Assembly (NCBI RefSeq): GCF_006345805.1
Contig: NC_043000.1
Coordinates: forward strand, 97,402,001 to 97,466,000
DNA from: Octopus sinensis
Lineage: Eukaryota
Reading direction: 5' to 3'
Length of the DNA stretch: 64,000 nt
The translations under genes were made by a program, and so were the position numbers. Every line of letters starts with the position of its first letter. Position 1 is the stretch's first letter. The notes beneath the pieces were generated by a model, which saw only the letters and a program-made list of their open reading frames with translations, was not told where the DNA came from and ran no database searches. Shown one piece after another: positions 13,187-23,334 of this stretch.

Positions 13187-13224
13187 TCTTTCTGTTGAAG
13201 AGCGTAGGCTCGAAACGTAAAAGA
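13187..13224 (+). ncRNA. Minimal hammerhead-like motif, core variant CUGUUGA(A), within a Penelope-like fragment (~13140-13320)
   Basis: UCUUU-CUGUUGAA-GAGC/GUAG/GCUC-GAAAC-GUA-AAAGA; same family as 1044-1079. Confidence 0.6.
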
Positions 13225-13336
13225 CATTCTCACTTTTCCGAACATCAAACTAATACACCTGCTTGTTATTCATACATCTGTCTTCGTCTTTCGTTTTTCT
13301 ATAAATTTAAACTATATATATTGAGAGAGAGAGAGA

Positions 13337-15802
13337 GAAAAGAAAGGAGTCACCGAAAGAAAAGAAAGGAGTTATGGAGGAGTTGCTATGTACATCCGTG
13401 AGGACCTCACACCCCAGGTCCTTTTGTCATACTCAAATTCGGTGTGTGACACACTAATTGTACATATAAGGCAACTTGGTGTAGTTATATGTGCTACATA
13501 TCGCCCTCCAGATGCCCCAAGTCATGTAGGTAAGTTTGAAGACTGCCTTATAAAAATAGAAGAAGTTCTAGTCACATTAGAACAACACATAAGTGTACTT
13601 CTTATGGGAGACTTCAATCTACCCAATGTCAGATGGCCCGAGGGCCTTTCTCTCCCAGGAATGACACGATGTGAACGAGGACAGGCGAGGTCCCTCCTGA
13701 ACCTCATCAACACTCTGTACATGGAGCAAGTAATACTCCAACCAACCAGGGCAGGTAACATACTGGATCTCTGCTTCACAAATAATATGGATCTCATCCA
13801 TAATGTGAAAGTGACGCCGACACTACTCTCGGATCACAACATGGTAGAGCTGACCATGTACGGGCCAAAGGAAAGTATGGACATGCAGCCTACAAGAAAC
13901 TCTCAGAATCTTTCTAGCTTGAACTTCCATAAGGCAAACTGGAAACAAATTGAGAAAGAGATCCTCAAACAAAACTGGCCTGAGTGTCTATCCTCGCCAG
14001 ACATCGACATGAAACTTCAACAATTCATGTCTGTAATGCAAGCCATATGCTACAGATGTGTCCCAGAGAGAAAGGCCACTGTACACTAGAGCAAAATCCC
14101 CAGAGAGAGGAAAATTCTAATGAGACGGCGTACAAAAGTTTCAAATCGCCTAAACAAACAAATTGAAAGCAGTGAAAAGTCCCGCCTGAAAATAAAACTG
14201 TTGGAAATTGAAAAATGTCTGCAACTCTCCCATGAAAAAGAAAGAGCAGACAAAGAAGCCTGGGCTATAGACAACATAAAATCTAACCCCAGAGCTTTCT
14301 ACAGGTATGCCAAAGAAACAGCTACGGTGCACTGTAGGATAGGGCCACTCCTTGAAAAGGATGGCACACTCACAGGAAATCCAATGAGGGTAAGTGAAAT
14401 ACTAAATGAGCAATTCAAGAGTATTTTCACTCCACCCCCAGGGCATTTTCAAGTCAGCAATCCAACTGACTTCTTTACCACTGCAGATATAAAATCAGAG
14501 GCAGCGATGATTGATTACATCAATATAAAGGAAGACGATGTAATAAAGGCTATTGATGAAATGAAAACAAACTCAGCTACTGGCCCCGATGGATTCCCAG
14601 CAATCCTTCTAAAAGTATGTAAGAGAGTCCTAGCAAGACCACTGCAGTTCCTCTTTCAGAGCTTCCTTGCAACTGGCAAACTTCCAAGAAAACCGAAGGA
14701 AGGTAAAATATGCCCTATTCATAAAGGAGGTTGCAGAGCGGAGGCCAAGAACTACAGACCTATCTCTCTGACCTCACACATCAGCAAGGTCATGGAACGA
14801 ATAGTCAGAAGGAAACTAATCACCTTCCTTGAAGAAAATGACTTGCTGCCTGACACCCTGAAGACACTAAGCACCTGCAATGTGAGTTGGACAAAATATA
14901 CAAGTGGGCTGAAAAGAATAGCATGCAGTTCAATGCTGAAAAGTGTCAAGCTTTATACTATCAGCATGCAAAACTAAATGCAATACCCAATAAATACACT
15001 GGACCTGGAGGGATTGCAATCCCAGAGGCACAATCAGTGCGAGACCTGGCTATTTACATGAGTGATGATGCAACCTTTCATGTGCATGTTGCTAAATCGG
15101 CAATGGAATGTAGGCGCTGACCGGATGGATTCTTAGAACCTTTAGAACAAGAGACCAGGAAACCATGATGGTCCTCTGGAGGACACTTGTCCTAAGCCAC
15201 TTTGACTATTGCTCTCAGCTATGGTCACCATCCAGTGTCAAGTTAATCACAGAACTTGAGGCGATCCAACGAAGCTACACGAAGAAGATAGCCTCTGTGC
15301 AGCATATAAGCTATTGGGAAAGACTCAAGAGATTGAGACTCAATTCCTTAGAACGTAGGCGAGAAAGATATGCCATAATATACATCTGGAAGATCCTAGA
15401 AGGACTTGTCCCAAACTTTGGCATCGAGAGTTACACAAATACCAGAACTGGGCGCCACTGCATAGTGCCAAGGACTCCAAATTTGCCATCAAGATGTAGG
15501 ACAAGATACTGTGATAGCCTGGGCTTCCGAGGCCCACAGCTCTTCAATATCCTCCCGAAGAACCTAAGAGACCTGCATGGGGTTGATGCAGATGTCTTTA
15601 AAATGAAACTGGATCTCTTCTTGTCAGGTATCCCAGATGAACCAACTTCACGGCAGGAGGTGCAGATGAGGGCAGCTGCATCGAACTCTCTCATGCACCA
15701 GATGGCATTTGCTAAAAAGCATTCGTGTAGCAACACCAAATGGCGGTGCCCCAGCATGGCCACAGCTTGTGAGCTTAAACTAAATAAAATAAAATAAAAT
15801 AA

Positions 15803-15806
<4 letters not shown>
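13337..15806 (+). mobile_element. CR1/L2-group LINE, 5'-truncated, ORF2 pseudogene (APE + RT) with internal deletion
   Basis: APE motifs GGVAMYI, YRPP, GDFNLP, LDLCFTN, SDHNM. RT motifs GPDGFP, NYRPISLTSHISKVMERIV. C-terminus YWERLKRLRLNSLERRR. In-frame TAG at 14087, the QGS/YADD core is missing at ~14857, and there is a frameshift at ~15115. Ends in a (TAAAA)n tail. Confidence 0.92.
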
Positions 15807-15847
<41 letters not shown>

Positions 15848-16059
15848 TACATATATTAAAAAATTACAAAATATATACATGAGTGTGTGTGTGTGTATGC
15901 GTGTGTGTGTATGAATTTATATATTAGAGCTTATAAGGTAGTAACGACTTCCAAATAAAAGACTAAAGTGTGGGTTAAATGTTGTATCTTTAACAAATTA
16001 TTTTGATTTAGTGTAATGCACACACATACATGTATTTTGTGGTACAACTTCGAGATTGT

Positions 16060-16238
16060 GGGTAAGTTGATTACATCGATTATATCGACCCCAGAGCTCA
16101 ACTGGTACTTATTTTAACCTCTGTGAGAGGATGAAAGGCACAGTCGAATCGGCAAAATTTGAACTCTGAAACGTAAATACGGACGAAATGCTGCTAAGCA
16201 TTTTCCCGGCTTGCTAACGATTCTGCCAGCTCGCCACA
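16060..16238 (-). mobile_element. SINE family B
   Basis: Reverse complement of the gcgagctggcagaatcgttagc head and cctttcatcc core. Confidence 0.75.
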
Positions 16239-16240
16239 TA

Positions 16241-16618
16241 TTCTTTTATTCTTTTACTTATTTCAGTCATTTGACTGCAGCCATACTGGAGCACCGCCTT
16301 TAGTCGAACAAATCGATCCCAGGACTTATTCTTTGTAAGCCTAGTACTTATTCTATCGGTTCTTTTGCCGAACCGCTAAGTTTCGAGGACGTAAATACAC
16401 CAACATCGGTTGTCAAGCCATGGTGGGGGAACAAATACAGACCCAAGCATATACATAATATACACGACGGGCTTCTTTCAATTTCCGTCTACCAAATCCA
16501 CTCACAAGTCCTTGGCCGGTCCGAGGCTATAGTAGAAGGCACTCGCCCAAGGTGCCATGCAGTGGGGCTGAACCCAGAACCTTGTGGTTGGTTAGCAGGC
16601 TTTATACCGCACAGCCAC
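16241..16618 (-). mobile_element. SINE family A
   Basis: Near full-length reverse-complement copy. Confidence 0.85.
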
Positions 16619-16758
16619 CATGGATTACATCTCTGAACTACAAATTCTATCGGTCTTTTTGTCAATGCACACGTCAGCTTCTGCACAATCCCACACACGC
16701 GCATACACATGCCAAATCCTACTCGCAAAGAATTGGTTAAACCGAAGAAGCCTTATTA

Positions 16759-16804
<46 letters not shown>

Positions 16805-16806
<2 letters not shown>

Positions 16807-17912
16807 GGAGTAAACACATAAATGTGAAACAAGGTGGAAAAAAGAGTACTCAAATACCAGTGGTAGAGTAATATGCTTTATTTTAAGCAGCAGAAAATTC
16901 AACAAAATCTGTTACTCTGAGTTTCTCGTTGCCGTTCATCAGACAGTTTTTGTTAGAATGGAACTGATATATCAATTCAATCTATACTCTTACAAACGCT
17001 ACACCTTTAAAAAGAAATGGACTTGTTTGATTGGCCCTTTAGAAAAAACGGTCAATCTTCGAGCGATAAACAAAAAGGTCAAAGATATATGTATATATAT
17101 ATATAAAACTTATAAAAATTATATATAAAAACTTATAAAAATTATAAAATCCGAGGAAAAACCATTGACGTTAATGAAGACAGTGCAAATTAATGCATAG
17201 AAATTAAACCTGTTATAAATACTGCAATACATATTTATATTAAAATCTACATATATATATCAACATACACAAAAGGATGCGCGTAAACGCCATACATACA
17301 TATACAGACGTATGAATATGAATTTAAATATACACATAAAAGCATGTGTACATATATTCACGCAAACCGTCTCGCACGCAAGCTAAAATTCATCTATGTA
17401 GCAATTCTCATATACTGGGCAAGGAGGGGGAACGAAAGAAAGGGAGAGAGAGAAAAAAGAAACGAAGGAGGGGTGGGGAAAAAAACGAAATAAGCAGTGT
17501 AACGATGTTATTGGCATCTATAGAGGCCAGTATACATACACAAGTTTGAATGGATACATATACATACCGTCGTGTATATGTGTGCTTAAGCACAAACATA
17601 CTTTCACTTACACATACACAGATACGTATGCTTACAAATACATATGCTTTGCTATACACATACTTATATAAACATTCTAATTTTGACAACATTGCTTTTT
17701 TTAAAAAACATTGCTTTTAAAAATGGGTGCATTAATAAAAATATATACGAAAGACATATAAAATAAAATATAACATCCTATTTGTGTAGCGTTTGTAAGA
17801 GTATAGATTGAATTGATATATCAGTTCCATTCTAACAAAAACTGTCTGATGAACGGCAACGAGAAACTCAGAGTAACAGATTTTGTTGAATTTTCTGCTG
17901 CTTAAAATAAAG
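16805..17912. mobile_element. Penelope-like relic with perfect 129-bp inverted terminal repeats (16876-17004 and 17784-17912), each carrying a hammerhead-like motif
   Basis: The arms are exact reverse complements. The motif CUGU-CUGAUGA-ACGGCAACGA-GAA-ACUCAGAGU-A-ACAG lies at 17842-17879 (+) and 16909-16946 (-). (TA)n on both flanks. Confidence 0.75.
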
Positions 17913-18530
17913 TATATATATATATATATTTATATTTATCCAAATTATTAACCGGTGAGATTGAACAGAGGATCATGTAGTTTCGAAGCAAACTTCTTAA
18001 AGCGAACACTCATTCATGCCTGTTTTCTGTCACTATTTACAAGAAATGCCGTCATTCGATAGCAATTGACTTTAGAAATTCTCTTATCGAGTGAGAAAAT
18101 ATACAAGTTGAAAGACAACTTCCAGATATAACCATAAAACGTTGGCTGGTGGCTTAGCTTTTTGAACAATAATAGGTGAGACTTCCGGTAACACTTTCAA
18201 GAAAATCATTTTATATATATTTATTTTATTCATTTATTTATTTATTTATTTATTCATTAAGACTACTTGTGGCAGAAACAGAAAATTCCTTCAGCTTCAA
18301 TATCAATTGCACTTAAATGTCGTTAGTAGAGATGGCATCCTTTTTAGTGGCGTCCTTTAGCCCCAGGTCAGCCTTGATATTCAAAGCATGAATTTTTCGT
18401 CTGTTTTTAGAGGATATCTTGATTATCGTAGGCGTTTCAGCTATGAACATTCAGTCATTACCAGAGAGTGTCTACTTCTATAGTGTCATTAATATAATGA
18501 TAATTCTATATCTACTAATATAATTTTTTC

Positions 18531-18715
18531 TTTTCTTTTACCTTTTACTTGTTTCAGTCAGACTACGGCCCTGTTAGGTAACAGCCTTGAAGAATTTTTA
18601 GTCGAACGAATCTAGTGCTTTAAGCCTAGTACTTATTCTATCTGTCTCCCTGTCGAATAAATAGGTTACGGGGGCGTAAACTAACCACCACTGGTTGTCA
18701 GGTGGTGGTCGAGAA

Positions 18716-18806
<91 letters not shown>

Positions 18807-18943
18807 CGGGCTTCTTTCAGTTTCCGTCTGCCAAATCCTTTCACAAGGATTTGGTTGGTCCGAGGCTACAATAGAAGACATTGTCCAAGGGGCCACGCAG
18901 CGGAACTGAACCCAGAACCATGTGGTTGGGAACCAAACTTCTT
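18531..18943 (-). mobile_element. SINE family A, body and 3' part (the head is displaced to 21128-21170)
   Basis: SINE homology stops inside the tRNA head at 18943 and resumes at 21128. Confidence 0.8.
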
Positions 18944-21127
18944 TATTTTATTATATTGGCCATAAAGGCCTTACATAGAGAAAGGAAGCTGCTGGCTGGA
19001 CACAGACATAATTTTATATGAAAAATGAAAATGATCATTAATGGGGGGAAAAGCGACGCCCGCCGATCATTCTTTCCCGAGAACATTGATCCTTACATTA
19101 TTCATGAGGCAACATACCTCTTACATTGTTCACAATATTCAATAACAAAATGAGGCACTAAGCCTCTTACCTTATTTTCCAAAATAGGAACTTTCAATAA
19201 CACTGACGCTTTTCAACCTGTTTTCCATATTCCTCCCCAACATCGCTTGTGACCCCATCCTCCGCCATCACCCACGCCTCATTCAAGAACAAAGCGGGTG
19301 CCGTGTCGCCGTCGACCGGCCACAAGTGATATTCCTCGTTGAGTCCCTCCAGCCTACGCAACACGGGCAACGTTATGACCTTCACAGCTATCTGCGGAGG
19401 CCATCCAGGCTAAAGATACTCCCTTATGGTGCTTTTCCAACACCTTCTCCACCTCTCCACCTCTCCACCTCTGTAGAAGAAGACCCATAATTTGTCTTCC
19501 TCCGGGGACGAGGTATTCACTTCTACCGTCGTCGGCACAATTCCCACCGATGGTGTCTCTTCCCCTGCCGGTGTCACAATACCCACCTACGAGGTTCCAG
19601 GACATTCCGGTACTATGTCACCGACTGCCGGCAATGTCCCGTTTCTCTTCCTCTTCCTCTTGTTTTTCTTCTCAACTGAGGGAGTGTCCATCTCCTCCAT
19701 GACCGATAGATTCGCCTCCCCTCCCTCATCCCTAGGATCCTTCGATGAGCACCCATTGTTGCTCACCTTCTTCCTCTTGCGGCCATTCTCTGAAGAGTCC
19801 TCCGCCGCCTCGGCCGCCTTCGTTCCCTCTTCTACATAGGTCTCAACCAAGTGCTCCAGGACCTTACTTTGTTCCTGGCGACAGTTTTTCTTTATATGGC
19901 CAGGCTCCAGGCACTGATGACACCTGACGGGGCGACCCTCAAGAATCACCGGGTACCTGCACCCTGCCATTTTAAGATAATCTGGAAATACCAGATATTT
20001 GGTTGATTGGGTCCACAGGATCAAAACCGCTTTTGACCGCACCCAATCAGCCGCAGGCAAAATTTTTACATTGAGGAGCTTGGCTCCGCTGCCACCCAGA
20101 TTCCGGCGGATAGCGTCCTCTATCCACTCGGGTTCTATTCCGGGTGGCAAACCACAGACCCAAGCCCTCGTCAACTTCCTCCCAAAATACGGGGGAAGAA
20201 ACAAAATCTCTCTGCTCTCCAAGGGCTGGCTCGCAAATTTGCGAGCCTCTTCAGGGGCGTCAAATAGCAACCACACCGTTGCATATTTGACCCCGCTGGA
20301 GATGAATTTAATAGCTGGCAGATACTCTGCCAACTCCCTTTCGATAACATTCTTTTGAAATAGAGTGATGGTGTCGAGCGACTTTGAGTAAGTCCTCAAC
20401 ACCACCGTCCTCTCTTCACAGTCTTTCAACCACTGTTTGGGTGGGACAATTTCCCACTCCAAAACATTGTCCTTGTTCTTTGCCATGTTTTTTTTAAAAT
20501 AAAAAGTCCAAAACTAGTTCAGATAAAAATTCAAAAGAGAAAAGAAGGAAGAAAAAGAAAGAAATCAAAAGAAAGTCACAACAAAAGGGAAAGAAGAAAA
20601 AAGAAAACAGTTCAGTAAAAAGACAGTCACAAAAAAGATTGAAGACGGAAAGAAAGCAGTCTCCAGTTTAAAAAATACAGCAAGCAAAAAATCTTCTGGC
20701 CACTCGGTAATCCAAGCCTATTTGGTAATCCAACTTGAGCCCGGAACGCCACAACTTGGAACACAGCTTCCAAAAAAATTGGTAAAAGAAGCTGTATCTT
20801 CGGTGAATTCTCACAGTTTCTGAAAAAACTATCCACTAAAAGTGAACAAATTTTTGGAAGCGAGATACACCGCCAAACAACAATTCTCACAATTAAGTGA
20901 GAAAAACTATTCACTCAACTGCAGGCAGACCAGAGTCCAGAATCCTGTGAGGACTTCTTGTTTGTAAAAAGAAAATAATTACAGCAAACAACAAACCCCC
21001 ACTGGACCCAAAAATCATAAGTTTTATCTTACTGTTGAGCTTTTTTAATCACTATTTCACCAGCTTCAAATCAGCGTGGCGACTTCTATTCAGTGGTACT
21101 AACAACACTTACAACACGCATGCGCAG
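18944..21127 (-). mobile_element. ORF1-only Tx1/L1-type non-LTR retroelement (HAL1-like), apparently full length
   Basis: ~640-bp 5' UTR, one gag-like ORF, ~250-bp 3' UTR ending ...gccaatataataaaataa. Flanked by 17-bp imperfect direct repeats (18927-18943 and 21128-21144). No room for an ORF2. Confidence 0.7.
19194..20486 (-). pseudogene. LINE ORF1/gag-like protein with CCHC zinc knuckle; 430 codons with two in-frame TAG stops
   Basis: Track ORFs 19587..20486 and 19194..19385 are in the same frame. Contains CHQCLEPGHIKKNC (CX2CX4HX4C). TAG at 19587-19589 and 19410-19412; no frameshift seen. Confidence 0.8.
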
Positions 21128-21170
21128 TGGGAGGCAAGCTTCTTATCACACACCAACGACTGCATCTATA
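21128..21170 (-). mobile_element. SINE family A, 5' head fragment
   Basis: tgggaggcaagcttcttatcacacaccaacgactgcatctata matches the SINE 5' end seen at 61297-61332 and 45670-45703. Confidence 0.7.
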
Positions 21171-21221
21171 ATGTCTATAATATTATAATACAATATCATA
21201 ATATTGTATGTATATATATAT

Positions 21222-21332
21222 GCCATATCACGTTGACAGCACCGGTTCTCATCCGATCACCGAAGTTAAACAGCATCGAGCTTAGTTAGTACTTAGATGG
21301 GTGACCACTTGGGAAACCTAAATGGTGTAAGC
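21222..21332 (+). rRNA. 5S rRNA copy (probable pseudogene), lacking the first ~7-8 nt
   Basis: gccatatcacgttgacagcaccggttctcatccgatcaccgaagttaa...tagttagtacttagatgggtgacc...gtaagc follows metazoan 5S. No T-tract terminator. Confidence 0.85.
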
Positions 21333-21344
21333 GTCACACATTTA

Positions 21345-21524
21345 GGCGCAGGAGTGACTGTGTGGTAAGTAGCTTGCTTACCAATCACATGGTCACGGGT
21401 TCAGTCTCACTGCGTGTCATCTTGGGTAAGTGTTTTCTACTATAGCCTCGGGCCGACCAAACCCTTGTGAGTGGATTTGGTAGACAGAAACTGGAAGAAG
21501 CCCGTCGTATATGTATATATATAA

Positions 21525-21555
<31 letters not shown>

Positions 21556-21744
21556 TGTATGTATGTATGTATGTATGTATGTGTGTGTATATGTTTGTGT
21601 CTCTGTTTGTCCCCTCAGCATCGCTAGACAACCGATAGAATAAGTACTAGAATTACAAAAAATAAGCGCTGGGTCGATTTGGTCGACTACAAAGGCGGTG
21701 CTGCAGCATGGCCGCAGTCAAATGACTGAAACAAGTAAAAGAGT
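21345..21744 (+). mobile_element. SINE family A with internal deletion
   Basis: ggcgcaggagtgactgtgtggtaag head; ggcggtgctgcagcatggccgcagtcaaatgactgaaacaagtaaaag tail. Confidence 0.85.
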
Positions 21745-21765
21745 ATACACACACACACACACACG

Positions 21766-21799
<34 letters not shown>

Positions 21800-21801
<2 letters not shown>

Positions 21802-22020
21802 CAGGTCTGATCCCCGTTTGTGTAGGAGGGGCTAACCACAAGACACACACCAGGTATTCCATGTATTTACCAGCTCAAAGGGGTGAGCCCCGTTCTATGC
21901 TCGGGTGAAAGCATAGAATGCAACCCACAATACCGGCAGCATGCGGGTTCCGTACCCCTTTGAGCAACATCAAAATTCACTCATCCGTCCACAAACACTC
22001 TCCAAGCCTTCCTATCATTT
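21800..22020 (-). mobile_element. 3' end of an RTE-like LINE with a structured 3' UTR, flanked by TA-rich sequence
   Basis: Minus strand encodes DRKAWRVFCGRMSEF-stop (22017-21970), similar to NRQAWSAFV...RMNE in the RTE at 24968-25447. A multi-stem region follows. Confidence 0.45.
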
Positions 22021-22626
22021 ATATACTATAATATAATAATAGTATATTATCTATTTCGAGATAGATATTGTATATAACATAATCAGATATTATATATCTG
22101 ACTGTTTTAAAACAGAAAGCTGTAATTTTCAGAGAATTTGAGGTGGCTTAAGTCTGTGGAGTGTCAATACTCAGACATGACCATGTGGTTAAGAAGTTGA
22201 TTTTTCAACTACGTTATTCCAAGTTCGATCATACCGCATGGTAATTTGACAAAGTGTATTCTACCACACATAACCTATGATCAGGCTTACTAGGTCAACT
22301 TTGGGCAGACTGAAGAAAACGTGTTGAAACCCTTCAGATAGGTTGTACCTGTTCTTGGGTTGTGCGCCTAATCCATCGGCCGAATTAACTTCCGCACCTG
22401 ATCGATCAGTATCTTTAGCGGAAGCCCCTCTGTTGCAACCATTCGTACCAGGTCTTGATATCCTAATGTGCTGCTTCCTACTCCGTGAGTCCTTGTTTCC
22501 TCTCTTTCTATTTGAAGGCGCAGCAAAAAGAAAAAGTCTTGGGCGCTGTCCTTCCGTTGCTGATAAAGCCATACAAAATATACATACAATACACGCACGC
22601 GCACTTGTATGTATATATATATATAT

Positions 22627-22726
22627 GCCATATCACGTTGACAGCACCGGTTCTCATCCGATCACCGAAGTTAAGCAGCGTCGAGCCTAGTTATTACTTA
22701 GATGGGTGACCACTTGGGAAACCTAG
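22627..22726 (+). rRNA. 5S rRNA copy (pseudogene), truncated at both ends
   Basis: Same 5' start as 21222; about 4 differences between the copies; homology ends at cctag (22726). Confidence 0.85.
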
Positions 22727-22794
22727 CTGGCCGAAACTTCGAAGTCTCTCTCAATAACATTCCTGTTTAAGAATTATATATAGATATCTATAAT

Positions 22795-22914
22795 TTATCG
22801 GGGTCGATAAATTAAGTACCAGTTACGCACTAGGGTCGACGTAATCGACTTAATCCGTTTGTATGTCCTTGCTTGTCCCCTCTATGTTTAGCCCCTTGTG
22901 GGCAATAAAGAAAT
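22795..22914 (+). mobile_element. SINE family B, 3' half
   Basis: tcggggtcgataaattaagtaccag...gccccttgtgggcaataaagaaata. Confidence 0.75.
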
Positions 22915-23241
22915 ATATATATAGATGTGTGTGTGTGAGAGAGAGAGAGAGACTCAGCTAGGCCTCCTTAGCATCTGTTGAGATGAACGTGTCCACCGCT
23001 CACACGAAAATTTAAGTCATGCAGACCTTAATCAGTTATTAAAAATGTTATAACTCTCACAAAATGTGTTGAGTGCTACTTTCTTTCGTTTGCTCACATA
23101 CTCGTATGTATATATATATATAGATAATGTGTGTGCGTGTACATACATACATACATTGATATGTATGCATATGTGTGTGTGTGTATGTGTATATACACAC
23201 ACACACACACCACACACACACACCACACACACACACACACA

Positions 23242-23334
<93 letters not shown>

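Noticed and set aside
21893-21918. Type-III hammerhead (stem-UC...GAAA-stem)
   Set aside because: Only 4 nt separate the UC from GAAA, and there is no CUGANGA core and no stem I or II.
21222-22726. Functional tandem 5S rDNA array
   Set aside because: Both copies lack the 5' strand of helix I and a T-tract terminator, and the spacers are not repeated.
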